From Paraspadella gotoi (taxonomy: Eukaryota > Animalia > Chaetognatha): 64,000 nt of DNA. The notes below the pieces were generated by a model. That model was given only the letters and a program-made list of their open reading frames with translations, had not been told where the DNA came from and searched no databases. The stretch covers positions 19,378,380 through 19,442,379 of the forward strand of contig CM119270.1 in assembly GCA_051294375.1 (NCBI GenBank). The letters are read 5' to 3'. The position numbers and the translations under genes are program-made. Shown in pieces: positions 13,941 to 26,774 of this stretch (the stretch's first letter is position 1; every line of letters starts with the position of its first letter).

Positions 13941-14951
13941 CGACAACGCCGATGATTTACGAGGAGGATCACGTGAAAGCCTCGGATTACAATAACTTGA
14001 AAGATTACAATAACTTGGAGGATTACAATAACTACCCATATCAATCGGAATACTACGAATTTCTGGATTATGACGAAAATGTCTCATCGAACTCTGACGC
14101 CGATGATGACGACATCCAAATATCGACCCACTTCCAGCTGCAGAATCAAGGAAGCGGCGACGCGGCGTACGCTGCGGTCTACGCTGCGGAAGCGGACGAA
14201 AAGGAAGCAGCCGTTGGAGCGGCGGGAGTCGTAGCGGCTAAAAAAGCGAAACCAGAAGCGAAAGAAAAAGGAAAAAGAGTCAATGAAAAAGCGGACATAA
14301 AAATGACGAAAGCGAAAAAGCGAAAGACGGAAGCGGAACCGCTTCTTCAAAACGACGCCGCGTCTTCTCTCGACGCAAATGGCGCCGCTTTCGCCAGTCG
14401 AGGCGAAACTCTGGCGCTGCGATCATATCAGCGCGACGATAGCGCTGCCGCCGACGCAGCCGCCACCGCCGCCGCTGCCGACTCCGCCGCCGACGCCGCC
14501 CACGTCAAGACCCATCCCGCCAAACGATTCCACCCGCAACGTCTTCCTCCGCTGCCTCAGGACATCCAGAAGTTTCTCGATCAAAACGGTTGGGACGCGC
14601 CGCTGCGGCGGCCGGAGGAGCAGCAGGAGCCGCGACAGCAGCAGCTTGAAACTCAGCCGCGGCAGCAACAGCAGCCTCCGCAATCGTCGTCGTCGAAGGA
14701 TGCTGCGAGCGTCCCCTCGCCGGGCCAGACGGGCTATCGACGGCCCCGCCCGCCGGCGTTGAGAGGGCACTCGGTCAGGATCCTGGCCCAAGATTTCGTG
14801 TCGGTGGAGGAGGAGGCGATAGGCGTGCCCGTCGCGGCCGGCCTCGTGCCCGAACAGCCCCTCAGGGCTTTCAACTTCTCCATCAGCATTCTCAAGAATC
14901 TCAAAGGCCTCGATGATGACGAGCAGAAGCAAAAGTGGGAGGCAAAGAAGG
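13941..14951 (+). CDS. probable internal coding exon (337 codons), unknown protein
   Basis: GC-rich open frame in AT-rich DNA; pyrimidine tract + caacag acceptor ending 13940; donor G|GTGAGT at 14952; 1011 nt, phase 1-1; DYNN x3, Ala/Gln-rich. Confidence 0.7.
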
Positions 14952-16044
14952 GTGAGTCACGGGGCAAAGGCTGAGTGAGAACCTCACCTTTTATCTCGAA
15001 TCTAACTCACCTTGGCAAGTATCACGAATGTCGCGAAAGTAACTACTCGATTCACACGATATCGCTTCATCACTAGATTATGTCACGGCTCACGTGTCAC
15101 GGACCTCACCACGATTCACCGATTCGTCTCTCACGCAAAATGATTTCACGTGGATATGTCTTCACTTACCCGACCCCTTTAGCTCACACATAGTGAATAT
15201 TCACCTTTTTAATCCCGAATCACCGACGCACCCCTCGTATTCACGATCGATAATCACAAGCGGTGATGATATATAAATTAACTTATCACCGCCGTGACGC
15301 GATGTCACCGATCTCTCACTTCACCTAATCACGATTCTAATTTGCTGTCACCAATTGTTCTTCACTTGATTTGAAGTACAAACACAAACAATATACAACG
15401 AAAAAAAACCCCGCGTAAAGAAAAAGAAAAAAAGATCACGTTTCTCAAGGCTGCGATCCAAAGCGCTCTTTGCGTATCTTTTCACAGTTTCATGGTTTCA
15501 CACTTTCTCACAATTTCTCACACTTTTTAAGCCGCGTTTTCTTCACGTTCACTCTTTCACTTTCTTTTTATTTCGCACCGCGAATGTCATTAACAAAAAC
15601 TGACTTTTTCGTTTTATCGCACTGAGTACAGAAGAAGTTGCACACTAATTTTTTTTCTTTTTAATCACTAATTCAACTGTACTTTTTTTTTATACAAATT
15701 TCGATTAAAAAAAAAATAAAGGATAATTTTGATTATATTATTCAAATCCTCTAACATTCACCGGGCTGATAGCATGAAAACAACAGGCGCTGAAAAATTT
15801 TGAAGCACGATTAAATGGAATATAAGTTATGAATGTAACAGTGATTGTTTAAATGTTTTTTAGTATTTGTAAAAAAATTAATTTGTTTCATGGAAACTAC
15901 ATAGCTTCAAAATTTTTTTGCGTCATTTTTTGTGATTTTTTTGTGATTTATCCTGTGACGCTCAACACTAAACAAATAAAAAAACCACAGTATCGGGAGT
16001 TCAGTTTCCAATAAAAGTTAACGTCTCGTTGGAAGGAGTTCTCG

Positions 16045-16112
16045 CTCGCAGGAGCGAATGCTCGCAGGAGCGATTGCTCGTAGAAGCGAATGCTCGTAGA
16101 AGCGATTGCTCG
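16045..16112. repeat. 15-bp tandem repeat gctcgYagRagcgaWt
   Basis: about 4.5 copies, each partly palindromic. Confidence 0.85.
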
Positions 16113-16663
16113 TTAGACACTTTCATAAACATTTTTCAGTCATTTTTATTAGCCGTTTAAAACATAAAAAAAAACATTAATTTTTCAAATATCACTCTGT
16201 GAAAGGCAATCACAGTATTTCTGTGTCACGATTACATGAGTTTCAATTTTGTTTTTTTTTTAATTTAAGGATTTTTGTTCTCTTTTTATCCAATATCCGA
16301 GTGTAATTCTCTAAGAACAAATATTTTTTGCTGTTAGTTACACTTTTTTTCTTTTTTTTTTCTACTTTTTTTTTTTTTGCTTTAATCTACTTCATGATTC
16401 ATTTCGAATTTTATGGCCGCAGTAAAGGTGTTGGCCAAAGGGAGAAAAAAAAGAACAATGAAGCGAAAAAGACAAAGGAGGAAAAAGGACAAAGAGGAAA
16501 AGAGGCCCCCCTTTTATCGAAGGACAAGTCTCTTTATTGTCCTTTATTGTCCTTTCCGTTTTTACGGTCAATTTCTCCCCCATTATTTCGAAATCGTGTA
16601 TCAAACTAAAAGTCACGGGTTTTTTATGGCAATTATGAAAAAAAAAGGTCTCTCTCTTCTTCT

Positions 16664-16717
<54 letters not shown>

Positions 16718-18282
16718 TCTCTCTCTCCTCTCTCCCCTCCCATTAAATGCTCCCCCATCGGTGCCAAGAATTAACGTTTTCTCTCTCAGAAACATTAAAG
16801 GTTTGGCCAAAATGAAAAGATCCGTCAATAAATAAAAGAAGAGAAGATCATTTGATTAGACTTTTGTTATGTATGAAATAAAACTATTAAAACTGTTTAT
16901 TTTTTAAGAAAAGAATATATTTAACTCTTTATGTAAATTTTAAATTATATTTGGTGTGGAGAGTAAGTTGGGAGTGAGGGGAGAAAGAGAAAAAAAGGAG
17001 AGGAAAAAATCAAATGGAGGAAGAAAGAAGAGAGAAAAGAGAGACAAGCGAGACGAGGAGAGGGAGTAAAAGGGAGGAAATGGAGGAAAGGAAAGAGAAA
17101 GAAGATAAGAAAAAAAAGAAAGGGAGGAAATAGAAGGAAAGGAAACAGAAACAAGAAAATAAAGAGAAGAAAAGGAAGGAATTGGAGGAAAGAAAAGAGA
17201 AACAAGATAAGAAAGAAAGGAGAGGGAGGAAATAGAAGGAAAAAAAAACAGAAACAAGAAAATAAAGAAAAGAAAAGGAAAGAATTGGAGGAAAGGAAAG
17301 AGAAAGGAGAAAATTGAATGAAAAAGGAAAGAGGGACAGCGCAATTGAATAAACCCTGAATGGACAGAGAATTGAGGCGGGAGACAAATGTCTTGGTGAT
17401 GGTTTCGAAATGAAAAGAAGGACGACGACGACGACGAGAACGACGACGACGACGACGACGAGAACGACGACGACGACGTTCCCTTTTCGCGAATCAAAAG
17501 TCCGAGTTTTAATTAATTTACGACCCTCGTTTCCCCATTTACATCCGGACCTCGTTTCCCCATTTACATCCGGACTTTTGGGAATGCGGCCCCTCATCTC
17601 ATCTCATCACCCCCCCCCTTCCCCAATCGGCCTCCTTCCTTTTTCCCAAAGGACCGGTCGGGAAAGGAAATGACCAGAAGTTGTCAAGACACTCCCCCCC
17701 TTCTATCTCTCGCTTACTTTTCTTTCTTTCTTTCTTTCTTTCTTCTTTCTTTCTTTTCTTTCTTTCTTTCTTCTTTCTTTCTTTCTTTCTTCTTTTCTTT
17801 CTTTTTCTTTCTTTTCTTTTCTTTCTTTCTTTTCTCTTTCTTTCTTTCATTAATTCTCTCTTCTTTCATTTTTCTTTCTTTCAATTTCTCTTTTCTTTCT
17901 TTCATTAATTTCTCTCTTTCTTTCATTCTTTCTCTCAATCTTTATACTTTCTTTCTTTTTATTACTTTCTTACTTTTTCTTTCTTACTTTCTTTCTTTCC
18001 TTCTTTCTTTCTCACTTACTCTTTTTTCTCTCTTTCTTTCTTTCATTTAATTTTTTCCTCGAGACGTCGTTCTCCTTTGAAATGGCTTTTGTGATATATT
18101 TCTAAATAGGCCATTAACTTAATTGATTAATTGCTAATTTTTCCTTTGCTCCTGTTTTTGATGGGTTGAATTTTCCCCATTTTCTCTTTCATCTTATTTA
18201 GTCTCACATTTTTCTCTCAACCTGACTTTCCTTTTTGCTTCCTCCTCGTGTCGGTATTGTAAACATTAGTTGGCTCTCTTCT

Positions 18283-18444
18283 TCAAAAGCGCCCCATTTC
18301 TGAAAATAATTTTAAATTAACCTTTTACCTCAAAACATGTAACCCTAGTCTCTAACCCTAATCCTTAATTATTAACCTAATGCCTAACCCTAATCCCAAA
18401 CCTAATCCATAACCCTAATTTTTAAACTTAAGTGGGTCGCTTGA
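18283..18444. mobile_element. small TIR element containing degenerate (CCCTAA)n
   Basis: aagcgccccattt / aagtgggtcgctt inverted ends around taaccctaa-type repeats at 18340-18418. Confidence 0.45.
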
Positions 18445-19565
18445 GAAATTTTCCTTTATTCTTTCATTTCCTCCTTTGTCCCTTTCTTTCCTTTCTTTCT
18501 CCCAAAAACCTTTACTCCTTTTCCCGTATCTTCTTTTCCTTCTATCTTTACCTTTACCTCTCTTTCCTTCCTTTTTTCTCCTCCTTTTCCTTTTCTCCCT
18601 TTACCTCTCCTTCTTCTCTTTCCTTACTTTTCTCTTCCTCCTTTCCCCTTCCTTTCCTTCTTTTACCTCCGTTTCTTCTCTTTCCTTTCCATTCTTCTCC
18701 TCACTTTTCCTTCCTTTCCTCCCTTTACCTTCCTTTCTTTTCTTTCCTTCCTTTTATCCTCCTCCCTTTCCTTTTCTCCCTTTACCTCTCCTTCTTCTCT
18801 TTTCTTTCCATTCTTCTCCTCTCTTTCCCTTCCTTTCCTCCCTTTACCTTCATTTCTTCTCTTTCCTTCCTTTTCTCCTCCTCCCTTCCCCTTCCTTTCC
18901 TCCCTTTTCCTCCCTTTCCTCCCTCCATCCTCAACTTCCCCTTTCCTCAACTAAATTGCCCCAAATGTCTTTCTTCTTCTCAGAAAAGGGTTCTCCTTTC
19001 CTCTTCTCTGCACCTGACCCTCTCGGCCTTTCACCCAATTTCCTTTTTTTTTTGTCAAATTCCTTCACCTCTTCCTTTTTCTTTTTACCTTTCTCCTTTT
19101 TTTCTACTCTGTCCCTTTTTTTTTTCCTCATAACCACCTTCTCGTTCTCTCCCTCATCTTCACTCCCTCTCTCTCTTTCTCCCCCCCCCCTCTCCTTCTC
19201 ATTCTCCCGCTGTCTACCACGCTTCCCTCGTAATTCAATCCTGATGTGAAACAAGGACGAGAAGGAGGAGGAGGAGGAGGAGGAAGAGGAAGAGGAGGAG
19301 GAGGAGGAGAAGAAGAAAAGGGGCAGGGAACGAGGGGACGCTTTTATTGGATTTTATCTCAGCGGTCAAGAAGAATCAAAGTTGACCGCGGGTTCGAAAT
19401 CCCACCCGGGATTCTGGCGGGAAGAGAGATGGGGAGAGAGAGAGGGAGGTCAGACAGAGAGAGAAAATTTTCTTTGAGAGAAAAGGAAGGTAATTACGCT
19501 TAGGAAAGTTTAAAAAAACATAAAAAACCAGAATAGAGAAGAAAAAGCGAGAGAGAGAGAGAAAG

Positions 19566-19636
<71 letters not shown>

Positions 19637-20697
19637 AAAAAAATGAAAATGGGTCAAAAGAACCGTGTCTTTTTTTTTCTGATCTCGTTTAAATTTGGGA
19701 TCAAAAACCAAAAAAAATGTTCATTTAATCTCATCTCCAATTTTATTTCTTCCTCCCCTTCTCCTCCTCCTCCTCCCTCCCTCCCTCCCTCCCTCCCTCC
19801 CTCCCTTCCCCCACCCTTCTTAATCGACCCTCACGTTCGGACGCCTCAATTCACTTACCCAATTCACTTACCTCCATCAAACGGGAAAAAAAGGTAAGTG
19901 ATTTTTTTCTCTTTTCAGTTCCGAGTTCATGAACTTATTTTTTTTACTCTCGCTTGGATTTTCGTGCCATCGATTTTACTATTAGTTTCTTTCTTTGTTG
20001 TCTGTGAAGATACCGAATACGGCGGGACGGCATATATATAATGCCCAAACGTCTTTCGCTTCTCAATGCTTAACTATTATAGAGAGAGGTATGTTAATGT
20101 TGTCTTCTGGAAATTGAGGGTGTATCGAGACAACACAAGATTATGAACAAAACAATAAATAAACATAAATGATGTAAATATTATATTTAACGTTCTAACG
20201 TGATACCACGGTTATCACACTAGTAGAGATCTAATATAAAATTAAAATCAAAGGGGGCAGGGGTACAAAAATTTAGTCTTGATGTCTTCAGGTAGAAGTA
20301 TAATTTGTTAAAAATTTTCAATTTTAATAGCTTTCAGGTAGCTATCAATTTTTTTAAAAATCAATCTTGAATTATTTTGATGGATTCTGATAGAGAACAA
20401 AAAGTTAAATAAAAAATATAATTACAACTTTTAAAAATTCCTAATTGTTTAAAAAAATGTATGAATTTTCGTTTGTGCAAGTGCTCAATTAAAACTTACT
20501 GAGATAGGCCACCCCTAACTCTAGGATGAAAGATGTAAGATCAAAACTCAACAGAAAAAGAAAAAAAAAGAAAAACCTTCTTTTTTTCTCTTTTCGTCTT
20601 TTTATTTTTCCTTCGTCTCTCGATCTTTTTTCAAGGACGGAAAAACCATAAAAGAAAAAAAATGCGAGAAACAAAATAAAGTTCTCTCCTCTCCTCT

Positions 20698-20770
<73 letters not shown>

Positions 20771-20941
20771 TTCTTTGTTCCCCGCCTTTTTTAGTTTTGC
20801 CGGCATCCGTTTTGCGACAAAGAGCCCAGTTCTTTTTTCTTTCTGAAAGTTGAATCGTGATTATTTTTTTTGGGGCTCTTTTTTTGCTTTGTTCTTCTTT
20901 GTTTTTGTTTTTGTTTTTAATATTCTTTTTGTAAATGTCAA

Positions 20942-21047
<106 letters not shown>

Positions 21048-21240
21048 TCTCTTTTCAACCGGAATCAAGAATTCTCTGCATCCGTCTCCAGAATTCCCAC
21101 CAGATTCCGCGCTCCGGTTTATGGGGCATCCATCTCTCTTCTACCTGCTTAATTTGATCCCCGGGCCAATTGTGTCTCTCTATCTCTTTGCCAAACTATC
21201 TCTCTTCTCTCTCTCTTTCTTCTACCTCTCTCTCTATCTG

Positions 21241-21292
<52 letters not shown>

Positions 21293-21342
21293 CTCTTCTC
21301 TCCTCTCTTCTCTCTCTCTTTCTCTACCTCTCTCTCTATCTC

Positions 21343-21402
<60 letters not shown>

Positions 21403-21858
21403 CTCTCTCTCTCTCTCGTCCATCCTCATTCCGCTTTGGCCTCCTTGATTGGCCTCGAGCAGAAAAGCTTCCTCCTTCTCCGTTGGGATCGACTTTTTTA
21501 GGAAAGAGATGTCAACTGATTGGTCAGATGTTGATTGGTCAGATTTTGATTGGTCCGATTTTGTTTGATCCAATTTTTATAGCTGATTAGCGCAAGGTTC
21601 GATAACTGATTTGGAAAACTAATAGTTAATTTTAGAATTTTGATTATCATATTTACTTTTTTTATGAATTTACTCACGCCAATTTTAGAAACTGTTTCTT
21701 ATTAACTAATCATATACTTTTGCCAGGCTTGATGCGATATTTTTATACGATAATATATATCATAAACCTTAACTATTGTAAATAATAAATGTTTTAAAAT
21801 CCTTGAGAGAGAACGTCTATCGTCGGTTTAATGGCCCTTGGGATTATGTCTCCTCATT

Positions 21859-21976
<118 letters not shown>

Positions 21977-22464
21977 GCGCAAAGATTTTTCCGGCCCAAA
22001 AATAAAAACGGCGCCGACAGGGATGGAATCTGCGATGCGAAGCGGCGCCGAAGGCCAAGTTTCCATCCACGTCGCCGCCCGGAATAAATCCGACGCCGAC
22101 GATGAATTTTGGAGCCAAAATTTGACGCCGGTTTTTAGGCGAATGAGACGATTCCACACCGAGTCTAAAAATAGCATCGGTGAATGGAACGAAACGGGAT
22201 TAAGGAGAATGTATGGATCAAATACACTCAATCAACGAATGGGTGAATAGAAAAAAACTATAAATTGCCTATAGTACTTATAGTACAAGTCTGATGAATA
22301 TTGAAATAAAGTGGAAAAGTTCCACAAAAATTAGGTGAGATTGCTTATAGTTAAACTCAAGTCGACTTTCGTAACTTAAGAAGTATTTGCATAACAGGCC
22401 AACAAATTCATCCAATCGTAAATGATGGGACGCTGTAAATCGACCGGTTACCATCGTTTATTAA

Positions 22465-22593
<129 letters not shown>

Positions 22594-24131
22594 CGTGAAA
22601 CTCCAGTTGCTAAGGACGAATCGTCGGTTGCCAAGGACGCTGAGAAATGTTTGGTCGCGCCCTCAGGGGGTTTCTTTCCTTCCTCCTATTCTCCAATCAA
22701 TTTTCGGGTTTGTTTGTTTGTTTTCGTTTGTTTATTTCGTCAGTTTGTTCGTTTTTTAAAAGTTATTTTTTTCTTTTTTTCGTTGTTTCTTTTGTCAGTT
22801 TGTTCGTTTTTTAATAGTTAATTTTTTCTTTTGTTCGTTGTTTTTTTTTGTCAGTTTGTTCGTTTTTTAATAGTCACTTTGTTATTTTGTTCGTTTTTTT
22901 CGTTTGTAAGTTTATTCGTTAATGCTCCTGACTTATTTGTTTCTATTCTTTCCGTTGGGATTGCTTATAGGCCCAGAATATAATGTTTATTTTTTTTGTT
23001 CGAAAATATTGGAAAAAAATAATATTTTCACTTTCTTGGACTTATAATTTAAAAAAAATATATTTCCCACCTTCAATTATACACTTTACTGCATTTTCAT
23101 ATTTCTTTTCAAGAATATTAGTTTTTTTTTTCAACAAATTTGTCACCTTTTTTTTTTCATCTGACAATTTCTGCGACTTTTAAAATCGAAAAAGCGTGAA
23201 ATTGAAAAACATTTTTTTTACACCTCCCTCACAATTTATGGTTTTCTTTTTATGTAAATTTCTAAAAAATTGTCAAATCATTTTGGCCGAAGTCAAAAGC
23301 AGTTTTATCAGGCACAGTCGCAACCCAAAAGAAAAGAAAAAAAACAACAAAAAACAAAAGCAAAAACAATAGATAAAACAAAACAACGTTTCTCATTCGC
23401 CAAAAAAGTCCCAACAATCCTTTCTTTAAACAGGATTTCCTCGCACTGATAGACAGACCGACTAGAAAAGACCAGGCAACTCCTCCCAGCGAATCTGGTT
23501 ACGAAGATCGTATAATTCAGTATCCTTCATTTCCCCGCGATGAAGAATTTTTACTTTTGTCTCTTGTCTGTCGGTCGGTCTGTCAGTTTGGCAATCTCCT
23601 GTCGGTCGGTCTGTCTGCCTGGCAGCCAGTCTGTCATTTTGGCGGTCTCTTGTCGGTCAGTCTGTCTGCCTGGCGGTCGGTCTGTCAGCTTTGCTATATA
23701 ATCCAAAAAAAAAACAATGAGAAAAAAAGAAACGTTATGTTTTTAATAAATAGCCAACACCACATTAAATAAACAATTACATTCACTTAAGCAATGTGTA
23801 CGTAAGTTGTTCCTAGTTTTCTCCATTTTCAGTAGAAGGCCCCTATCAGTATCTCTCTAAATTTTGCCGTAAAGATGTCCTATTTAATTTTTGCGCCAAC
23901 TCACCTTTCAAATCCAAGCTTCCTTATCTTTCACCGCCAAGCTAAGCTTTCTATCTTTTGCAAGCTTTCTAATCACATCCATGTTCTCCTATCTTTCTCC
24001 GCCTTCTCTTTCTTCTCCTGTCAGTCACGGATCGTAATTCAGGTGAATTCCTTCTCTCCTACTTCCGCGATTTCGTCGCTCAGAGTCTCTCTCCTCCTCT
24101 TCTCCTCTCTCCCTCTCTCTCTCTCTCTCTT

Positions 24132-24198
<67 letters not shown>

Positions 24199-25498
24199 CT
24201 CTCTCTCCATCATCTCTCTCAATGTTTCGATTCACTCTTGCATGTATTTTCACTGATATAATTATTCACATTTTAAGATCTTAGCAGTTGGAATCATTGT
24301 CATTAACATGATTTCATCGTTCAAAATAATTTGTGCTTTTTCCCCCCATTTCCTTGGAATGAACGAAAATGGTTTTACTCCCGTCACCATAAACGTACTT
24401 GCGTAAGAATGCTGGTTCAGTTAGAAATTTATTTAGTATATATTATATATTTTATACCAATTCAAAAAATTTCTCATTTCTTTTTATTCCTCTCGTCAAA
24501 TTACTACTCGTCAATATTTTTATCATTTCATCAATTCACACTCCCTTTTCACTCGCTCTTTCACTACCCCCCCCTCTCGCATTCACTCGTTCCCCGCCGT
24601 AAATCGTCTCGACGATATTCACGAGTGCGTGAAGATTAAGGTGAAGAGACTCACGAACGCAGGCGCCCTCACTCATTCACGGCGAGTGTGATATCTGAGT
24701 TCGAACTCATTTGTTTCCCTTTTGTTTCTGTTTCTTCGTCAGGAAAGAAAATGTGGATCATAAATTGAGGGAGAAGAAAATGCGGAGTTGAATATCGGAA
24801 AGGCGCATCGATGCATTCAGGAAGGAAAAGAAAAGGAAGAAAAGGAAAAGGAAAAAAAAAGAAAAAGGAAAAGAAAAAGAAAAGGAAAGAAAAAGAGAAG
24901 AAAAGGGAAGAAAAAGGAAGGAAAAAGGTAAGAAAAGGGGAGGAAAAGGGAAGAAAAGAGAGGACACAGGGAGGAAAAAAGGAAAGAAAAAGGGAAGAAA
25001 AGAGGAAGAAAAAGGAAAAAGTGAATAAAAAGGTATCGCGATCCGCGAGAATAGTTGAACAAACAAGGAAAGAAAACGATTGTGAGATGAGCCGGAGTGT
25101 GAGGGAAAAATGGGGAATGAACATTTGAACAGTTTGGCGTCAGGGGTGAATGGAGTATAAAGTTAAATTTGAAATGTTACTCGGGCGGACAAGGAAATGG
25201 TTTTTATAGCTGGAGTTTTTCGCAAGAAGCTTTAAGTCGTTAACTGTTGTCGTCGTCGTCGGAGGCCAAGAACAGAGAAGTTGAGAGGCGTAAGTTTTGC
25301 GTCAGGCAGCGCCGCTGCCGCCGCCGCCGCCGCCCCCGCCGCCGCCGCCGCCGAGGGTTCTTTAACTGAATTAATTACCATGCTTACATCATTTACATGA
25401 AATTCTTAGCAAATAATCTATGTAGTCAACCGTACGTACATTTATAGAAGAAAATATCTTAAAGATTTTATTCTTGAAAGAGAGAGAGAGAGACGAGA

Positions 25499-25556
<58 letters not shown>

Positions 25557-26254
25557 GAGAGAGACGGCGCGTCTGCTTTTGTCTCGATATTGCCACCAAT
25601 CCTCTTAAAAATTTCCGACGCTCGACTTAATTCTGTTTATATTCCTGCCCGAGTCAGATTTTCTCTCTTATCAGTGACTCTCTCGAATCCCAGCACGATT
25701 TTGAGAGTGAGACATTTTGAGAGCGAGTCACCAACAGCTGACGTTCGAGAAAAATCTAGTGTTTGAAATTTGAATTTCAAGTTGGTAGTTTTTAACGGAC
25801 GTCAAGTGATTTAATCAGATATGTAAATATTTTGATTTGAAAATGTAGTTCCTGTTAACTTTCTAGAAATTTGTCTATTATTTTTTCTCTCGCGACTAAA
25901 TATTACAAGTATTAAAACTTTTTTCACACCGTATTCGAATCGTAAACGTAATCGCAGCAAAATGTATTATTCCAAAAACACATAATAAGCTTAATGACCG
26001 AATGAAAACAAGGAAATTAATGAGATACAAATTNNNNNNNNNNTAATAAGCTTAATGACCGAACGAAAACAAGAAAATTAATGAGATACAAATTAGGATA
26101 AAATATAATAAATGTAATAACGTTAACATGTAAACAAAAAGCCCATCGTTTCAATTTTCTCTCGTCGTCTTTCTCCGAACGAAAGCCTCCACCGCTCCAG
26201 TGGAGACCGAATGCAGCGGATGCTCCAAGCACCCCCAACGCCTCTTCAAAAAAA

Positions 26255-26550
26255 CTACTCGTCGAAGAAAGCCTCCGCCTTGACCGACTCCGCCACCTCC
26301 GCCGCCTTCGGCCTCCCCTCCGCCTCCGCCCGCATCATCCTCTTCACCAACTCCCTCGTCGACGCCGGAGTCTCGGTGACGAAGGCCGACTGCAGCACCG
26401 GCTCCAGCCCCTCGTCCGCCTTCAGCAGCAGCCCCGCGGGGAGGCACTGCTGCGGCGGCATGGGGATGCGCTTCCACACGTCAGAGCGAGGGCCTTTGAG
26501 GTGGGCGCCGGGAAAAAGGCCTTGACCGCAGGCGCCGCAGGAGTTCGTTT
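26255..26550 (-). CDS. kinase gene exon 14 (terminal)
   Basis: acceptor atctccag, phase 1; ...ELVKRMMRAEAEGRPKAAEV...FFDE-TAG. Confidence 0.87.
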
Positions 26551-26681
26551 CTGGAGATGGAAGACGTGACGGGTTTATTGATTGATTTGATTGTTTGATT
26601 GATTTTAGAAATACATAAATGATTGATTGATACATTCATTCGATCATTTAAGTACTGAGAGAAAAAGACAGACAGACACAC

Positions 26682-26774
<93 letters not shown>

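Noticed and set aside
25984-26093. 50-bp direct repeat around a 10-N gap
   Set aside because: Likely an unmerged contig overlap, although it has two mismatches.
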